Below, piece after piece: positions 23,301 to 38,300 of a stretch of 64,000 nt of DNA (position 1 is its first letter; each line of letters begins with the position of its first letter). This DNA is from Phoronis australis (Eukaryota; Animalia; Phoronida). Made by a program: the position numbers and the translations under genes. The stretch is from positions 312,291 through 376,290 of the forward strand of contig NMRA01000087.1 in the NCBI GenBank assembly GCA_002633005.1, in the 5' to 3' direction. The notes below the pieces were generated by a model, which worked only from the letters and a program-made list of their open reading frames with translations, was not told where the DNA came from and ran no database searches.

Positions 23301-26300
23301 TACCAAACTGTAAAAGGTTTTTGAGATTTCACTTTGATCATTAATAGAAAACGCAAGTTTGGTCATTGTATGGATACTGTTGTTTTACCATCAGTGTGCC
23401 TCTAACTTGCTAAATTTTGCAAAAAACATGGTCACAAAAAATGAGGGCTATATCCACCATCCCGCTGTGGTGCGCTGCCCATGTTAACTAATCAAATTCT
23501 ATTGGCTCTATACTTTCAGAAAATATATAATTATATAAAGGAAAACATGGCTGTACTTCAGGAGCAAGTTTTTGGATATATGCAAAATTTGTTGAATACA
23601 TGACACTTGTTGTTATTAACAATCTTTATTCCGTTCTGTTCGTTTCCTCGGAACAAAGTTCGACACTCAACAGAACATGTCTTTTGGTCAGTTCCTTTAC
23701 CAATATTGACTGTTGAGTGTCAAACTTTGTTCCGAGGACACGAACAAAACAGAATAAAGATTGTTAATGACAACAAGTGCCGTGTATTAAAAAAATTTTA
23801 CATAAGGAAAGTCTATAACTTTGGAGAGATTTGACTTGATATTTTACACAGACTTGTGGATAGGATCCTACAAGTCTCGTTTGTGTAACCCTGAATACTA
23901 TGCACATGTAGAACTGATAACAGTCTTTATCTGGGCCTGAGCTATGGAACAATCAATCTTCAAAGAAAATATATTGAAAAATGTACTTTTAATCTTGTAT
24001 AATTGTTAACTACATGAATTAATGTTGCTTTGTTTGTCAATACCTTTTTGCACCTTGGACATATCCTGAACTTGAAGCTTTTACATCCTGAAAGTTAGTC
24101 GAATTCAAGACGAAACTTTTAGTAGAAAAAACTTAGGTACAAAATTCAAGTCAAACTTAAGATCACTATCTTGGAATGGAATTAAGATAAATTTCAAGTT
24201 TTATCTTAAACTTGAATTAAATTTTAAGATTTTTTTTGAGCTAAAGTCAGTTTTCTTGGAACAGGCCCCTGTTTTTAAGATAGCCAATGTTGCTAACTCC
24301 TGTTACAGCTCTTTGTCAAATTGTATGGGATCCTGAGTTTGGTTTTGTATTCCACACAACTAATCAGTACTAGATAATTAAATGTCACTTGAACAAAAGT
24401 GATACGGTCTCTGAGCCTACACACACAATTGCTTGTTACCTACCGTAAGTAATTTCTATAAATTTGGAAATGTGTGAGCACTCGTAGCATTGTTACGAAT
24501 TTGAAAATGTACGAGCCTGCACAACAATGTTAAGCCATAATTGAACAAAAAATGAAAATGGTAAATTTGGTAAAAGTACTAATAATTGGTACACAAATTT
24601 GGTGTGTGTCTGTGTCATGGCATTACTAAAGTTTCTGTATTCATATTTCACATCCATTTTCAAATCAGGTGATGACTGCCAGTATTAGCCAGAGTTGACG
24701 CTTTAGATTTCAGTTTTCATTCTTGTAATAAGAATCCCTGGTTAATTTATGTATACTAGATGTATCAATAGTGAGTCAGTGGTTGCATTTCTCAATGAAA
24801 GTGAATGTGGAAACGTGATGCAGAAAAGTGATTTGGGGTATACTCAATGAAAATGAACGTCGGACCATGGTGCTGGAAATTGTTCCTTTCTGTCACTTAT
24901 GACCCTTTGCTGTTGGGGCTTGACCTTCAGACGGGTGCATTGGACATTAAAACTGATATGGGTCTCTAAGATAACAGGGATTTCTGATCATAGTTAGCAA
25001 AAGCAATAACAATATTGGTTTCCCCTGTTTGACCTTTACATACTCAAAGTACATGCCGATTTTGCCACAAGGTCATGTGAACCAGACATATCCACAAAAT
25101 ACCACCGACTTTGTGGTGTTTACCCACAATGATTGTTTGGGTACGTGCCTACCATATACCTTTATGTCACTATTTTACTCCAAAATTAGGTATAACTTCC
25201 TCAATGTCAATGACTCACTGTCTCACAATGAGTTGTCATGGAGATGAATTTGACAATTTTAGTCTGGTGTGGTGCAGTAACTGTTCTTTTCTTGTCCCAC
25301 CCAGCTCAGAACTGCATTAGCGACCTGACCTTTTTCTAACTAGGTCAATGGTACAATGCTTTTTACCTTGGAAAAACAAGAAAGTGGATCTTGACATGGG
25401 GTTTTTACTGGAGTGTTATATTTGTCACACAATGCCGTGCCTTGCAGTGGAGTTCATGTTATAGTATTGTTTTGGCTTCTAAATCATGGTTTGAGTACGT
25501 AACAAAGTGTTGGTTTTATACTGTTATCACCAACATTGGACCTCTTCACAAATTCAGGAAGTTTTTGAGTTACACGAATAAAGATCTCCATCACCAGGAA
25601 ATATGTGTTACCGGTAGCTATTTTGTTGCCTTTTTGTATACATGTATAACCACAGGCTTTCATTGAATAGTAGTTTCCATCTCCTGAAATGGATGATGAT
25701 ATATTTAGTGTAAAGGCTATTATGCATTGTTGAAAATAGGCCACTTGTTTCCCATTAATCTGTTTATCATTTTCCATTTTATCATGTGATTATTGAGCCA
25801 GCTTTGAAGTGTTGTCGTAAATCTGCACAATGCATGCAAAAGTGCATGCTATAAAAAGTCGGATTACTCTTTGGGTTTTACCTTTTACTGGCTGGCGGTC
25901 TAGGGTGCAAGTCTTGTATTGCAAGTGCTGTTGAATTTGTGGTTAGATCACACATTGTAGGAGTTTAACAGTTGGTTCATCATGTTACCTAAGTTTAAAA
26001 GTTTTATGTCTCAAAGAAGGAAGCTTTCTTGGACAGGGGTGGCAGCAGGTAAAGCAACTTTCACTTTGTTACTTTCAGTATTTATGTAATTCTTCCATTT
26101 CATTCAAGCTATGACAAATAAGTGAAATGCTATGTTCAGTCAGATTTTGTAGACCAAATAAAGCTTATAATTTATTCTATTGCTGGCTTGGTCTGTATTG
26201 TCTGGATACCATAAAAAAGCATTTGGTAAAGTTTCCATTCTTTGCTGCAAGATTATAAATCTTTCAAAAACGAACAATTTTGGTAATCATTTAATTGCAC

Positions 26301-29300
26301 AATAAGTGAAGAATTCCTGTACTTTAATTTGATGAATTATATGGTAAAGCTTCTTGGATTTAGTACATTTGGTGATGGACATGTGTCAGTCTACTGTACT
26401 TTGTCCTATTTCACAGCAGGAAATTCAGCGAAAGGTAAATACTCCTGCGTGGTTCGCACCCGCACCTGCCCTTATATATGCTATACATTGAATTACAGTT
26501 TGAGCAATCATTTTGGTTCAAAATGAAGGATTTGTATTGTAACTCTTGAGGTGTTTTAACTATTAAACGGACTGCATGAGCAAACTGACTATTGCTGTTT
26601 TTTAACTCGGATCTTTTATTTTCAGCTGTTCATTGTTGGACTAAAGAAAACAGCTAATTTCTTGTAAATGTTTAATGCCACCTTTTGCCGAAAAAGATTT
26701 ACTAATGATTTAATCTTCTTACCAATACGAAACAGTTGAAATGGGTCATGTACTTTAGTTACATTGGAAACGATAATTGAGTTTTGGCGTAAGATAGATG
26801 GCTGTTCGTTTATGTTTGAGTCGTTAATGCCCGTTGCAACAAATGATTTTTTACATCATGCTAAATTGTTGAGGCTGGTCTAAGCAGGCATTTATGTAGA
26901 CGTTTCCTTAAATTTGAACAAAAATGATGGTCAAAACTGACATTTTTATTTTCAAACGCTCTCTATATTGCCAAAAATGTTTGAAATTTCATCTTATGTT
27001 TTTTGGTGATAAGCGTACAGTTGTTTTCAAACAATCAAGTAAAATTGTTTTCTTGTTTAATCTTGTGGAAATTTTTGATAAAACTATATTTTAGTGTTCT
27101 GCCATATTGTATTCTAATTTAAAGAAAACAAACTGTGGTCGAGACGATATGCAGGATGATGTCATGGCCCCTCATAATTTACCGCAAGGATGCATCTCCT
27201 CGGTAAATTCCTCTCTTCTGCCATGCCGAGGTTTTAATTTAAGAACACATTTCAAATTATGTTTCATTTCTATAAAAAATTGTTATCTTATTACATTTCG
27301 GTAATTCTGATTAGCTCACAATATGGCGGCGAAACTGAAATTCTACTTTGTGTAATGACAAAAATAAAGATTAGGAAAATTTTAGTCTACAATAGTACAG
27401 CTTTACTTAAAACAACATTTGGTGAAATTTTCAGTGTTTGCAGCAGTGTGAAACGAGCTTTGAAAAATGGAAAAATTGAAAGTGGAGAATTACCATACTA
27501 TTTATTTATTTTTATTTACAGTTAAATTTGAAATGAGGCTGGTCTCTTCAGTGTCAGCACTGCTTTCCAAGAGGGCTTTCAACAACATGTTATAATACAG
27601 TATGATGAAGTAGTAAAATATTAATTAAATACAGGGGACAAAGGAACAATCAAAACAAGTTGAGAATTTAGATGATGAGAAAATACATGATGGAGGATCA
27701 TGAAATTAAATAAATAGATGATACTAAATAGTGACAGTATTTACAGTAATGAAAAATGACATGATATATGATCATTTTATTCACTGGTTCTTGTTTATGC
27801 TCTGCTCATCTGTCTATTTTTCCAAAACTATACCACTTGTGATGACCAATAACAAATTTCCAAGCCTTTCCCGAACTACAACACCTTTTATGACCAATAA
27901 CAAACTATCAGGCTTTTCCAAGTCCATGAACCACTTCTAATTTGAGACTTTTATTTCAGTTGGTGAGATTTAATAGAAGTCGGTTTGAGATACTGGTTTT
28001 ATTTTTTTTTTGCTTTATATTTTAGGCCGTAAAAGTACAACTGATTTGGGGATTCTATTTGCCGATGATGTAGAAGGCTGGAAGACCTATTTCGAAGGCA
28101 AACTTGGTAAAACCGACTCTGTGGCGGACTCTGATTTGAGACTGAGCACTACTACCGTGAACACAAATTTATTACTGAGCCCATTGGCCAGAAATCAGAT
28201 AACTAATAGCAGGTGTCTGTTATTCTTAGTGAGCCCACAGTTTATTGATGGGTTGAAGGAAAATATTTCGGCAGTTGACTGGTTGTTCATGAAACCATCT
28301 GCTACTGTATTTTTGTTTTTGTCCACTGAAGAACACGAAGTTGGGGAACTTATGAACAATGTGGAAAAATATTCACAATTTGTGAAGTACACTGCACCGA
28401 CTGATAACACCAAAGTCACAAATGACTGGGTTAATGAAGTTGCCAACAAAGTCATTGAGATTTTTGAGGCTTCTAGCCGCGTGGTGGACAAAAAGAAAAC
28501 TGCACCAAGACCAGCAGCTCGACCAAAGCCTTCTCCGAGACCTGACCCAAGCAGACCAGTAGACGATAATCAAGTAAACAGTTTTCAAACTGCAGGTGGT
28601 GCTGAGGAGAACTCTGCTGACATGGCAGAAGATGAGGTGGGGTTTCGATGTGTGGAACCAACGACAGTCAGTCCCATGGTAAGTACCAGCTATGCCTATT
28701 GTCATTGGTTGTCTCCCCTGCAACGAGATGTGTCACTAGGACCATTAACTATCTACAGTGTATTCACAGTAAAATGCATGATTGTTTACTATTGAAAGGA
28801 AAGTGGAATAAAGCATATGGACATATTAACGCCTACCCGTCTCCAAAATAATACTCCTGTGTTGAACATGTGGACCAATGCTCTAACACTTTGCTTAGAG
28901 ACCTGTGCAGGCCACAGTGCTATATGATAGATTCGGGCTCAACTCATTCCTTGAGTTCATGCTTGACCTATAAAACGCAACGCCAGTCGTGACTAACTTA
29001 TAGACCTTGTCGCAAGCACTAAGAAATCCTAAATTCTTTCCACTCCCAGAACTCACACATGTTTTGACCAAGAAATAATATGAGACGAGTTCCATAATTA
29101 ATGACTACAGAAGTTTTGTAATGGCACACATGGTAAATTGGTTGTTCATTTTTTTGGTCAAATGTTCTATGCATAAGCCTATATCTGGGTATGAACATAC
29201 TCTCACACAAATGGAACTAAATACTCTCATCTGTATAGTTTATAGTAAAGATCATGTCTTTGTGAAATTTATGGATGATTCCTCATTTCAAGAATTTAGA

Positions 29301-32300
29301 TGCAAAATAATTTTGTTTGGTACTAGGATAACACCCAGTCCTTCATTTCTAGATGCCTACTATTGATGTGAAGTTAAGAATTGTGATAAATTTATTTATT
29401 AAATTTTAGTTGGTCCACTGGGGATCTGGCATGTAAATATCCCGATGCCTTACTCTGGTTTTCTTGGTTTAGTTAATTGAAATGTTAGTTATAAATATAC
29501 AGGAATGTATTTGTTTTGTATTCTTATATCCATTTAGTACTTTGTGAAAACTTCTCCCTCAGCTGCATTGCGTACCTAACATTTCACTTAAGTTCATAGT
29601 CGATTGGCATTTGAATCTTTGAACTGATCTGCAGAGCGAATCAGTGTGCCCGTTAGAATCTCTGAAGTGGTCCTTATCATGGTTTTGAAATCTTACGCAA
29701 ACATCCTCGTTTGAGAACACACTGCAACTATGCGTTGTGCTGTGTTTGCAATACCTAATGTCTGTGATAAAACTATGCGTTGTGTTGTGTTTGCAATACC
29801 TAATGTCTGTGATAAAACTTTGCATGTGGAAGTTAAATACACCTATCACTATGCATCACTTTTTGATAATTTATCACTTTGACTTGTACGTGACAGGGCA
29901 TGAGAGGTCTCTGTGGTATTGCTCTGTCAACATGGCTTCACGTTCTAGCCTGTGTAACTCATTAATTAGTGACAAATGTCCCCATCTGCCTTCTCAGACG
30001 GAGGACAGTCTCGTGATCTTGAATTCTCAAAACTTTTCCTTCCTTCAGAACGACAAAATTGTGATCCTGATGAATTCTTCCAAAGTTGGCAAGAGTGAAA
30101 AATTTGCCAGCAATGCCATAAGGATTACTCTATGGTCAGAAACGAAGACATTCACTCTCCAGTTCACCAAGTATAGCTCCTTCACATTTGTGGCCACGGT
30201 ACCAAAGGGTAAGTATGCTCTCCATCACAATTTTGATTGATTGTCACATCCGTTAAGACAATGCAGTGCTTTAAATGCATCATCTCATTCTGTAAAATAT
30301 TGAGTCTGACAACTGGCACAATCTTCAGTCTAGTGCCCACTGCAGTCTGACTCCGTCAATTTTATTACAGCACAACCATGATTCAGTTATTCACAAAAAT
30401 AACCAAAAACAAAGAACATGGTGGACATTCCCTGCGCGACTTACCGGTAAATGAACATTGCGATTGGCAAGATTCCCTGGTTGGCACTTAACTTAAATCC
30501 TTATTTGCTTTCAGTGCAAAGTCCCACACAGTGCTAATTAACTAGAGTAATTCAAGTTAATATATCTTTGTAGAAACAGTCTATTAACTCCACTATAGTT
30601 GTGGTTTTGTCATGACGCTCACTGCATTATAAAAAAGCAGGGCTCTAGCCAACATGTGAACCAAAACGACTGTTTTCCAAGATAGAGCTGCATGAATTTT
30701 ATGTTTGCAAAATAAAAAAGGAAAATTTACATTTTAACCATGTTTTTTCTTAATTTGAATCGTCAAAAATTTTTTGAGATAATACTCTTGAGTCTTTTCT
30801 TGAATGCCTTTGGAGCTGGTGATTGTGAAGTTGTAACGTCTCAACCTTTGAGTCGCAACAAAAATTGAGACCACATCAGAGTTTCAAGAGAGGGAAATGG
30901 TTAATTTTAACAACGATGTATTTTATACATGTTTGTTATTGTAAAAATGGGAGGTATACAAGGTTTCTACAAAGCTCTTGCAGCAAGAATTAAACTTTCA
31001 TCAAAAAGACATAATTCAATCCATTCAGCTTTTTTCTTTTTAAACAGGCTGAACAGAAAGTTAGCTTTCTTTGTGCACACTGATCTGGATACAGTTAAAT
31101 CTTGGAAATCGAAAATGAAAAGTAAGGAAATTTAAAGCGCATATTAGTCCTGTATTCGGCCTAAACACGATTCCTCAGAAATAGGTGTCAATTACTCTTT
31201 GGTCTCAAAAATTTTCTAGTTTCGTACTTGGTTTGGTTGCTAACAATAGAATTTAAGAAATTCCACGGTGACCCAATTTTGGCAGGGTAATGTTCAACCC
31301 AAAATGGTGGCAGCATTTTTTGACATTTTGTTTTTACTTACCGACCCCTCGTGGATTAGGAATATTTTGTGTGTTTGAGCTATGGTGGAATTTCACTAAT
31401 TTAGGACAGAGACAACATTTTTTGTTGTGCATGCCCACATTTTTCCAAAGATACTTTTTGATGGGATCTATAGTACTGACCTTGACCTTATAAAGTATTG
31501 ATTTGATACTACATAACATTTACGAAAAAGGAGAAAATAATTTTCACTTGTCCGCCATATTTCATCCTGAATTGGCAGTATGTATTTTATTGTACCTGGT
31601 TTTAATAGTTGGAATTTAAATTGTTGCGACTGTTACTAAGAAGGAAATGGCCCTTCTAAAATGGACTAAATCTGATGTGTTTATTTGTATGGGTATGCAC
31701 ATGTATGTCTGGCTTTTTATTACTTCCTGCTTCGTAATATTTGCACAGGATATGCAGTGCCTTGCGTGACCTTATGGACCATTAAAACTTAGCGTGTCAA
31801 ACCCTGAATGTGTACAAGCCGGTTTCATGAATTACAATTATCTTATTTTAAGTGAAAAGAATTATTTTTTACTTATTAATGAATATTTCGTACGTGGTGG
31901 CACTTCAGTGTAGGTGCCTGAAAACTAAATTGATCTTCTTAATTTAGATTATTTGACTCTTCAATTTGAAGATTAAAACACTGGAGAAAAAATGAAATTT
32001 CCATAATGCTTGATCCGATTACCGGTAATGAGCTCTTTACCTTTCAAAAAGCCACTGTGTAACTTTTAGACACCACAAACGTCATTATATTTTCGGTGAC
32101 CAAATATTCCCATTTGTTTTGAAATCAAGGACACTTCCCCAATTTTTTAGAAACTATGAGAATTGACTTGTGGTACTCATTAATGTTCACCGTAATTATT
32201 TTGAGAAACCAGACAATCAAGATGGTGGTTTAAACATGAAATTCCTTGGAATTCAGTGGAAGCGCTCCATGGTACTTAATGGGGGGATGGGGGTTCGTTA

Positions 32301-35300
32301 GCGTTATGTTTTAGTGTGACTGTCTGTTCATTAGGTAATAAATGCAATGTTCTGCGAGCTGATTACCGTTCGTATTTATAGAAAGGCTCAGAGTACCAGT
32401 CTTCAGTCTTTCTGACGAGAAAAGTAATTGAAAGAAGTGGTGAATAATTTTTGGTGGTCGTAAAGTTGACTGGGTGTGATCTGGATGGGTACTTATACAA
32501 ACCTTAAACAGACGTGAATCTGTAATTGCTAAACATAGAAAATTAATTTGATCAATGTTTCTGGTGTTCTCAATTCTGACTGATTGAATAAATTTTCATT
32601 AAAATACTCTCATGTGTGTGATACTATGTGGGCTTCATTGTCACCAAGTTGATGTGATAAGAAGTGATTTTCAAAAAAGATATTAAACATTGTCATGTTT
32701 GCACTTTCCAGTTAGCGAATGCTCAGCTGTTTTTAGTTATTCAAAATCTTGACTTAGTAAATAACCTGTACCACTAGTGTTCAGGCCGTCACGTTGAAGA
32801 CAATTGAAATTGGATTCTCTCAGTCTGCTTTTCATGGGATTTTTGTTTGTATCAAATTAATGCTTTATCATTTTCACATTCTGGGTCCTAATTGATCACG
32901 CAATATCTTGAAATGAACAGCAATATTAGAGGCCTTTTCAAGAGAAGCAACACAATGTTATTTCTACGATTCATGACAACTTTCTGCTTTTCTTTTCAGA
33001 CTGTCCTCCAGGCTCCTACAGACTCACATTTTATCACGAGAACGTGAAGCGAGCATCAACTAGCATTCAGGTCCTAACGAGTGCGGATGTTTTCCGTGAA
33101 ACGCTGTGCAAGGCGGCAACACCGCTGCAGTTAATGGCCGATGTTCTCGGTGTCGATTCAACCGACACAAGTGCAGTGGACAAGGCTCTCTGTGACATGC
33201 TTCTTCCATCTTTGCCCGAGGAAAGTCATAAACTGAATGGCCTGTTTACCCAGTACATGAATGAGGCTGATCCAGCAATGCGTAAGTATCCCTATTTTCA
33301 GGTTGCATAGATTCTGAACTTGAAATCTTACTACCATACTTATCTGTGCTAATACTCAAGGTATTTGAATTTAAACAGGCTATGTACTGAAAGCTTGAAA
33401 AGAGTAGAGACTGGGGTGACTTTTTTTCAAATAAGTGACCAAACATAAAATTGATGCGATGGATAGTTGTACTGCCTGGCTATTCCAGTTTAGTCGTCGT
33501 TGAATCCATCAAAGGTGCACTGAGTTGGAACATCAGATGGTGAGGTCAATTCATAAGCCATATAGACAAGTGTAGTCGTGTATTATTAGAAAATATTGCT
33601 AAATATACATTAGTTTCTAATTGTTCTTGAGATGTTTTACCTTTTTAAGGACTGTGCTGTAAGTAGCGCTTTTGGTTACTGTCAGTGTCACATTAACATT
33701 TTCTTCAAAAATGATCGTTGCAAATTCAGTCAAAATGATGTTTAATAAATAAACACTTTCAGCAGCCAAATTAACAAGAGTTTGATAGGCAGTTTAAAAA
33801 ACAAGCTTTTTTGAGATTAAGTGAACAGGTTAATGAACAAAACTGCATTTCCCTGTGACCAATCAGTACTCGTCATTTGAACTGCTATGGCAATAACTTG
33901 CCATGCAGTCAAAAGCTGTGAGGATAAATTCCGCTTGGGTTTTCTCGCCATTGGGTAAATTCCCGGCTATTTTGTCATGTTATGTTTAGTGTGTACATTA
34001 TGTTACATAGAATGGAGTGCTTTTTCGAGTCTTGCATTTTATGATAATAGAATTAATACAATTAATATGTTTTTGGCAGAAAAAGTTAATACTGGAAGTC
34101 CAGTTTTTATGTGGGTTTCACATTTATTATCACCAAAAGTCGCATTCCTCTCATTCTGTTTAATGTTTTCAATACAATTTCCAACTGCTTTTTGTTTGAT
34201 TTGCTATTGTCCTGAGAAGTATAATCATATGTTAAACTACACATTTAACATGTGCAATGTTATTAGCCTCGATTGTTGCGCCGAGTAATTTCACAAAGCA
34301 CTGTAACCAATGCCAATAACATCACTCATATTAAAACATGTGTAACTTAACATAATCGTTCAGCATAGAAGTTTAATGCACATTTCTTTGACGTCTCTCT
34401 TTTTGTTCGCTGTGCAATAACCATGTCATCTATCCATGCAATGAACCTTGAAGGTTATTTCATAGTCACGTGACATGGTTATTGCACGGCACATCAAGTC
34501 CATTGTGGCACAATGCCTTTTTATGCAAAACAGCAATTGTATTATTTTTGAGCATAGCCATTTTCTGCATTGTAATTTTTTTTTAGCTGTTTTAGCTGGA
34601 CTCGGGTATGTACACCGTAGTTGTTGTTCCGGTGTTGTTCATTTCTGTGGTGGTTCAAGCTTATCAATATTTGTTCAGTTGCTTGCTTACTGTGGACAAT
34701 ACGGGCCAAAAATAGCCTGTCAAGATTCCCCCATGACTCATAATTACAACTTAAGTTGTTATGATAATGAAGTTGTGCTCCAACGTCATGATGGGGATTT
34801 CTCCCATAGCTCAATCATCATGATAGGATATCTGGGTCATTTTCAACTGGTGGCATCATGACAATCTTCTGCAAGGGTGCACTGGAAGCAATTAAATTTC
34901 CCCATTGACAAAAAGAGTAAAAATATTTAATCTAAAATTTATAAGAGTTAGAATAGTAATTAACCTGTTGATGTTATCATTTGATAGTGGGGTACACAAT
35001 AAAACTTTTCTAATTGTGGACACTGAATAGTTGAATATTCATGCAAGTTGGACGTAAGCATTTGGTTTATTTGATGAAATTGCTTTCTTGGGGAAATTTC
35101 TTTTGAGTTCCATTTTATTAAAGGTTGTAAGTCCAATCTTAGCGAAGGTGATCATAACTTGGATTTTTATTTGCTCATATTTCATTAACGTGACTTGTGA
35201 AGGCAGTCGTAAATGAAAAGTTATAATTATACTTAACTTCATGTTAGTTACAACGTCGCGTTTGAAATAACGTGCATGTAGCCATCTTAAATATGACTTG

Positions 35301-38300
35301 ACTCACTACCTTTAACACGGCTTCTAGTTTCCAGTAAACAAATGTTAAGATGTTCAATGACCGTCATTGTCATAGTGTGCCCTCTGTAACATCCTTGCTG
35401 GATCCTTAGTAAGCAATTCCTATTTTAGAGCAGAAAATACTTCAAAATTCCCCTTCGTAAACTAATAACATTTCACGTTTCAAATTTCAAGATTCATTAT
35501 ATTGATCGGATTTCCAAAATGCATCATTGTCCTGCGTAAAGTGATCTTGTGAAAGCTCTAGTATTTTAGTATTTTGTAATTTTTTTTAGCTTAATGCCAA
35601 GTCACATTTGGTGATTTGGTAAAATTCCCAGGTTGCCAAACAAAGTCTGAGGTTGCCAAACATAAAAATACTGAAAATCTCAGGTCCAGGTCGTGATATG
35701 AAATCCCAATCCGAGGATGCCAATCATCCTTAGATTATGTCCGACCAAAAAAAAAACAACAATCGTAGCCTAACTCTCAGTGCCTTACATATGTCTCCAA
35801 AACTCTTTCGTTCTCTAACTGATACCTCCTGCCAATAAATTGACATAGGACGCAGACGATCGGATAGTCACTGGTGGCACATACTTTAGCGACCTTGTTC
35901 AATTTTTTGCTAAACAATTTGGACTTCTGTCTATTTACTTTCTGTTGTAATTTAAGCACGTTTCACGTGTGCTGACTCCTGTGGTGACAAATGCACTGAT
36001 TTTACCTGCAGGTTGGCTGCTTGCGGTTGGCTTAGGAATTTCAATGGTTCCAAGCAGGCCGGTCTATCACTATGAAATTATGTTACTCTTGGACACTAAA
36101 CAAAGAACGGTGCATTGCATGATTTCGGCAAGTTGTCATCGAAGAAATAAAAAATTGTCTAAACGTTGTACTCAAGAGCAATACAGAAAATTTACAGCAG
36201 CCATGACCGCGGTACCCTCAGATCAAGTACAAACTAACGAACAATGGAATTCTTGTTGTAGTACATAAATTTTACTGTCGGACAATTTTGATTGTGCAGT
36301 GACTGTGGAAAGCTAGCACAGACTGATTGCCCAGGGTTGTTGAGTGAACTTATCGCATGTTATCTCTGCCATGACCGGTGCAAACTACACTGTGACTATT
36401 TGTGTTCTGTTCACATTCCTATGAGGAAGTACTTGGCCACTCAGGTGCTAGGGGAAGTCCCTTCTCGCTAGGGTGCCTGTAATCCCTGATTGATTGATTG
36501 TTTGTGGTGCTCTTGCAGTAAAATCTGTCCAATTCAGGGCATGATATTGAACAATTGTTTTGTGTAAAAAGTACATGAGATGAGAAAACTTTAGAAATTT
36601 TTTATACCATAGCATAACCATCGGACAATGTTTTGAGAAATTGCAGGCACTGATAACCTTGTTAGAAGCCTTCAAAATGGAAAGAGTTAATAATAAACTT
36701 TGGCAATGATTTTTGTGTCAAATTAGTGAGGTTTTACTATAGGTCTTGGAATGGAGGACATGGTTACCTGTTTGTAGTGTTGGTTATATTTGAGACAACA
36801 GTGACACGTACTAGACTTAAGTCTGTAATTTCAACTAGTTTTAGAGAACAGTTAATGGGAGGGCTGAGTGTCAATTTTATTTGTCTGTGTTGATCAAAGT
36901 GAATGCAAATCGAACATTCGGTATATTGCTGTATTTGTCTTTGCTCAGAGTTTTCTGTGGTACATGTATTTTTAATAGATTTCTGCTGCCTGGTTCACTA
37001 AGTAAACATGAATTGAGTTAAAGAAAAAGGGCGACTTAATGATACTGTCTACTCTTCAAGCAGTAGCTGTTTAATTTTGTAAAACTCGACCAGTGCTTAC
37101 AGAAATCGTTTATTTTCTTTAAATTTACTACGACCACTCATTTATTTTTGTTGAGCTATCAAAAGATAAACAGCATTCCATGTTTTTACTGAAAGAACAA
37201 CCACAGAATGCATTATTGAAATTTGTCAGGCTCACAATAATTTGCTAATCAGGGCAATGAAATAATGAAATGAATTTGAAAGAATTTGTCTCCACAGAAG
37301 GAAGTGTTTGACGTGGAATCAAAATGCACATTGATGATAAGCTAAGCAACATGTATGACGAACATAGTATGGTGATAATATCTCATACACTATAGACCAC
37401 TAATGGTGACCACCTAGGACATGCGTCACATATCTGAAAGGTGACAAGAAAACGAATACGGTAAAATCTCACCACTTTAAGATGTAATACGACTGACAAG
37501 TGAAATATTTTATTATCTCAGTTTTCGAGGATATGTAGCACGAATTAAAATGCTTTCTCTTGTTTAAGTTCTCAGCAATAACTAACACTAGACAATATTT
37601 TGAAAAAATGTGAATCTTCAGAACATTGTTAGAAGTCCTTGAAAAATAAGAAAAGTTCAATTTCAGAAATTGGTTTGTCCAAAGTTAGTGAGATTAAATA
37701 TTATAGTAAACATACTGTAAACTCTCAGGTTTAATGCCCATACAGGGTAATCACCCACCCCCGACTTTTGCCAAATTTCGACGAAAGCCCCACTGTTCGA
37801 GTTAAGTCGCCCATCCCCCACATTGCACAAATTTCTGCATCCAGTGCTGGGGGGTAATCGCCCACCCCCTCTGTTTTAGGGTTTCCCACTTTAAGGGGTT
37901 AGTTCATGATTCGCCCAGTTTGAATTGACAAAGAAGAGCATTTGCCTTAGGCAGACCTGTTCAAGTTATTCACTGCAGAGGATGTTCATTCACTGGTGAA
38001 TAATAGTGCCTCTGATGATAATTTAACTGTCTCCATTTCCTTGTTCCTCTTTCATTTGGGAAATCATTTCCTCCTATGTGCTTTTATCTGATTTTATCTT
38101 TTACTGATTTGTTGGACCAGACAGAAAAATCTTCCTTGCAAATTTCATATTGTAATGAAAAACAATTTAAACTTCCAAAAATAAATCCATTTATACGTTA
38201 TTTGGATTGAAGGTAATTATTTGCCTGTGAAGATAATTCTGTTTGCATGCTTTGCAAACCGTAAACCTTTATATGAATTTCGCATTTACATTGACTTGTA

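Noticed and set aside
28195-28723. Antisense ORFs over the BCAP TIR exon, and similar ones over 50875-51094
   Set aside because: Shadow ORFs of real coding exons.
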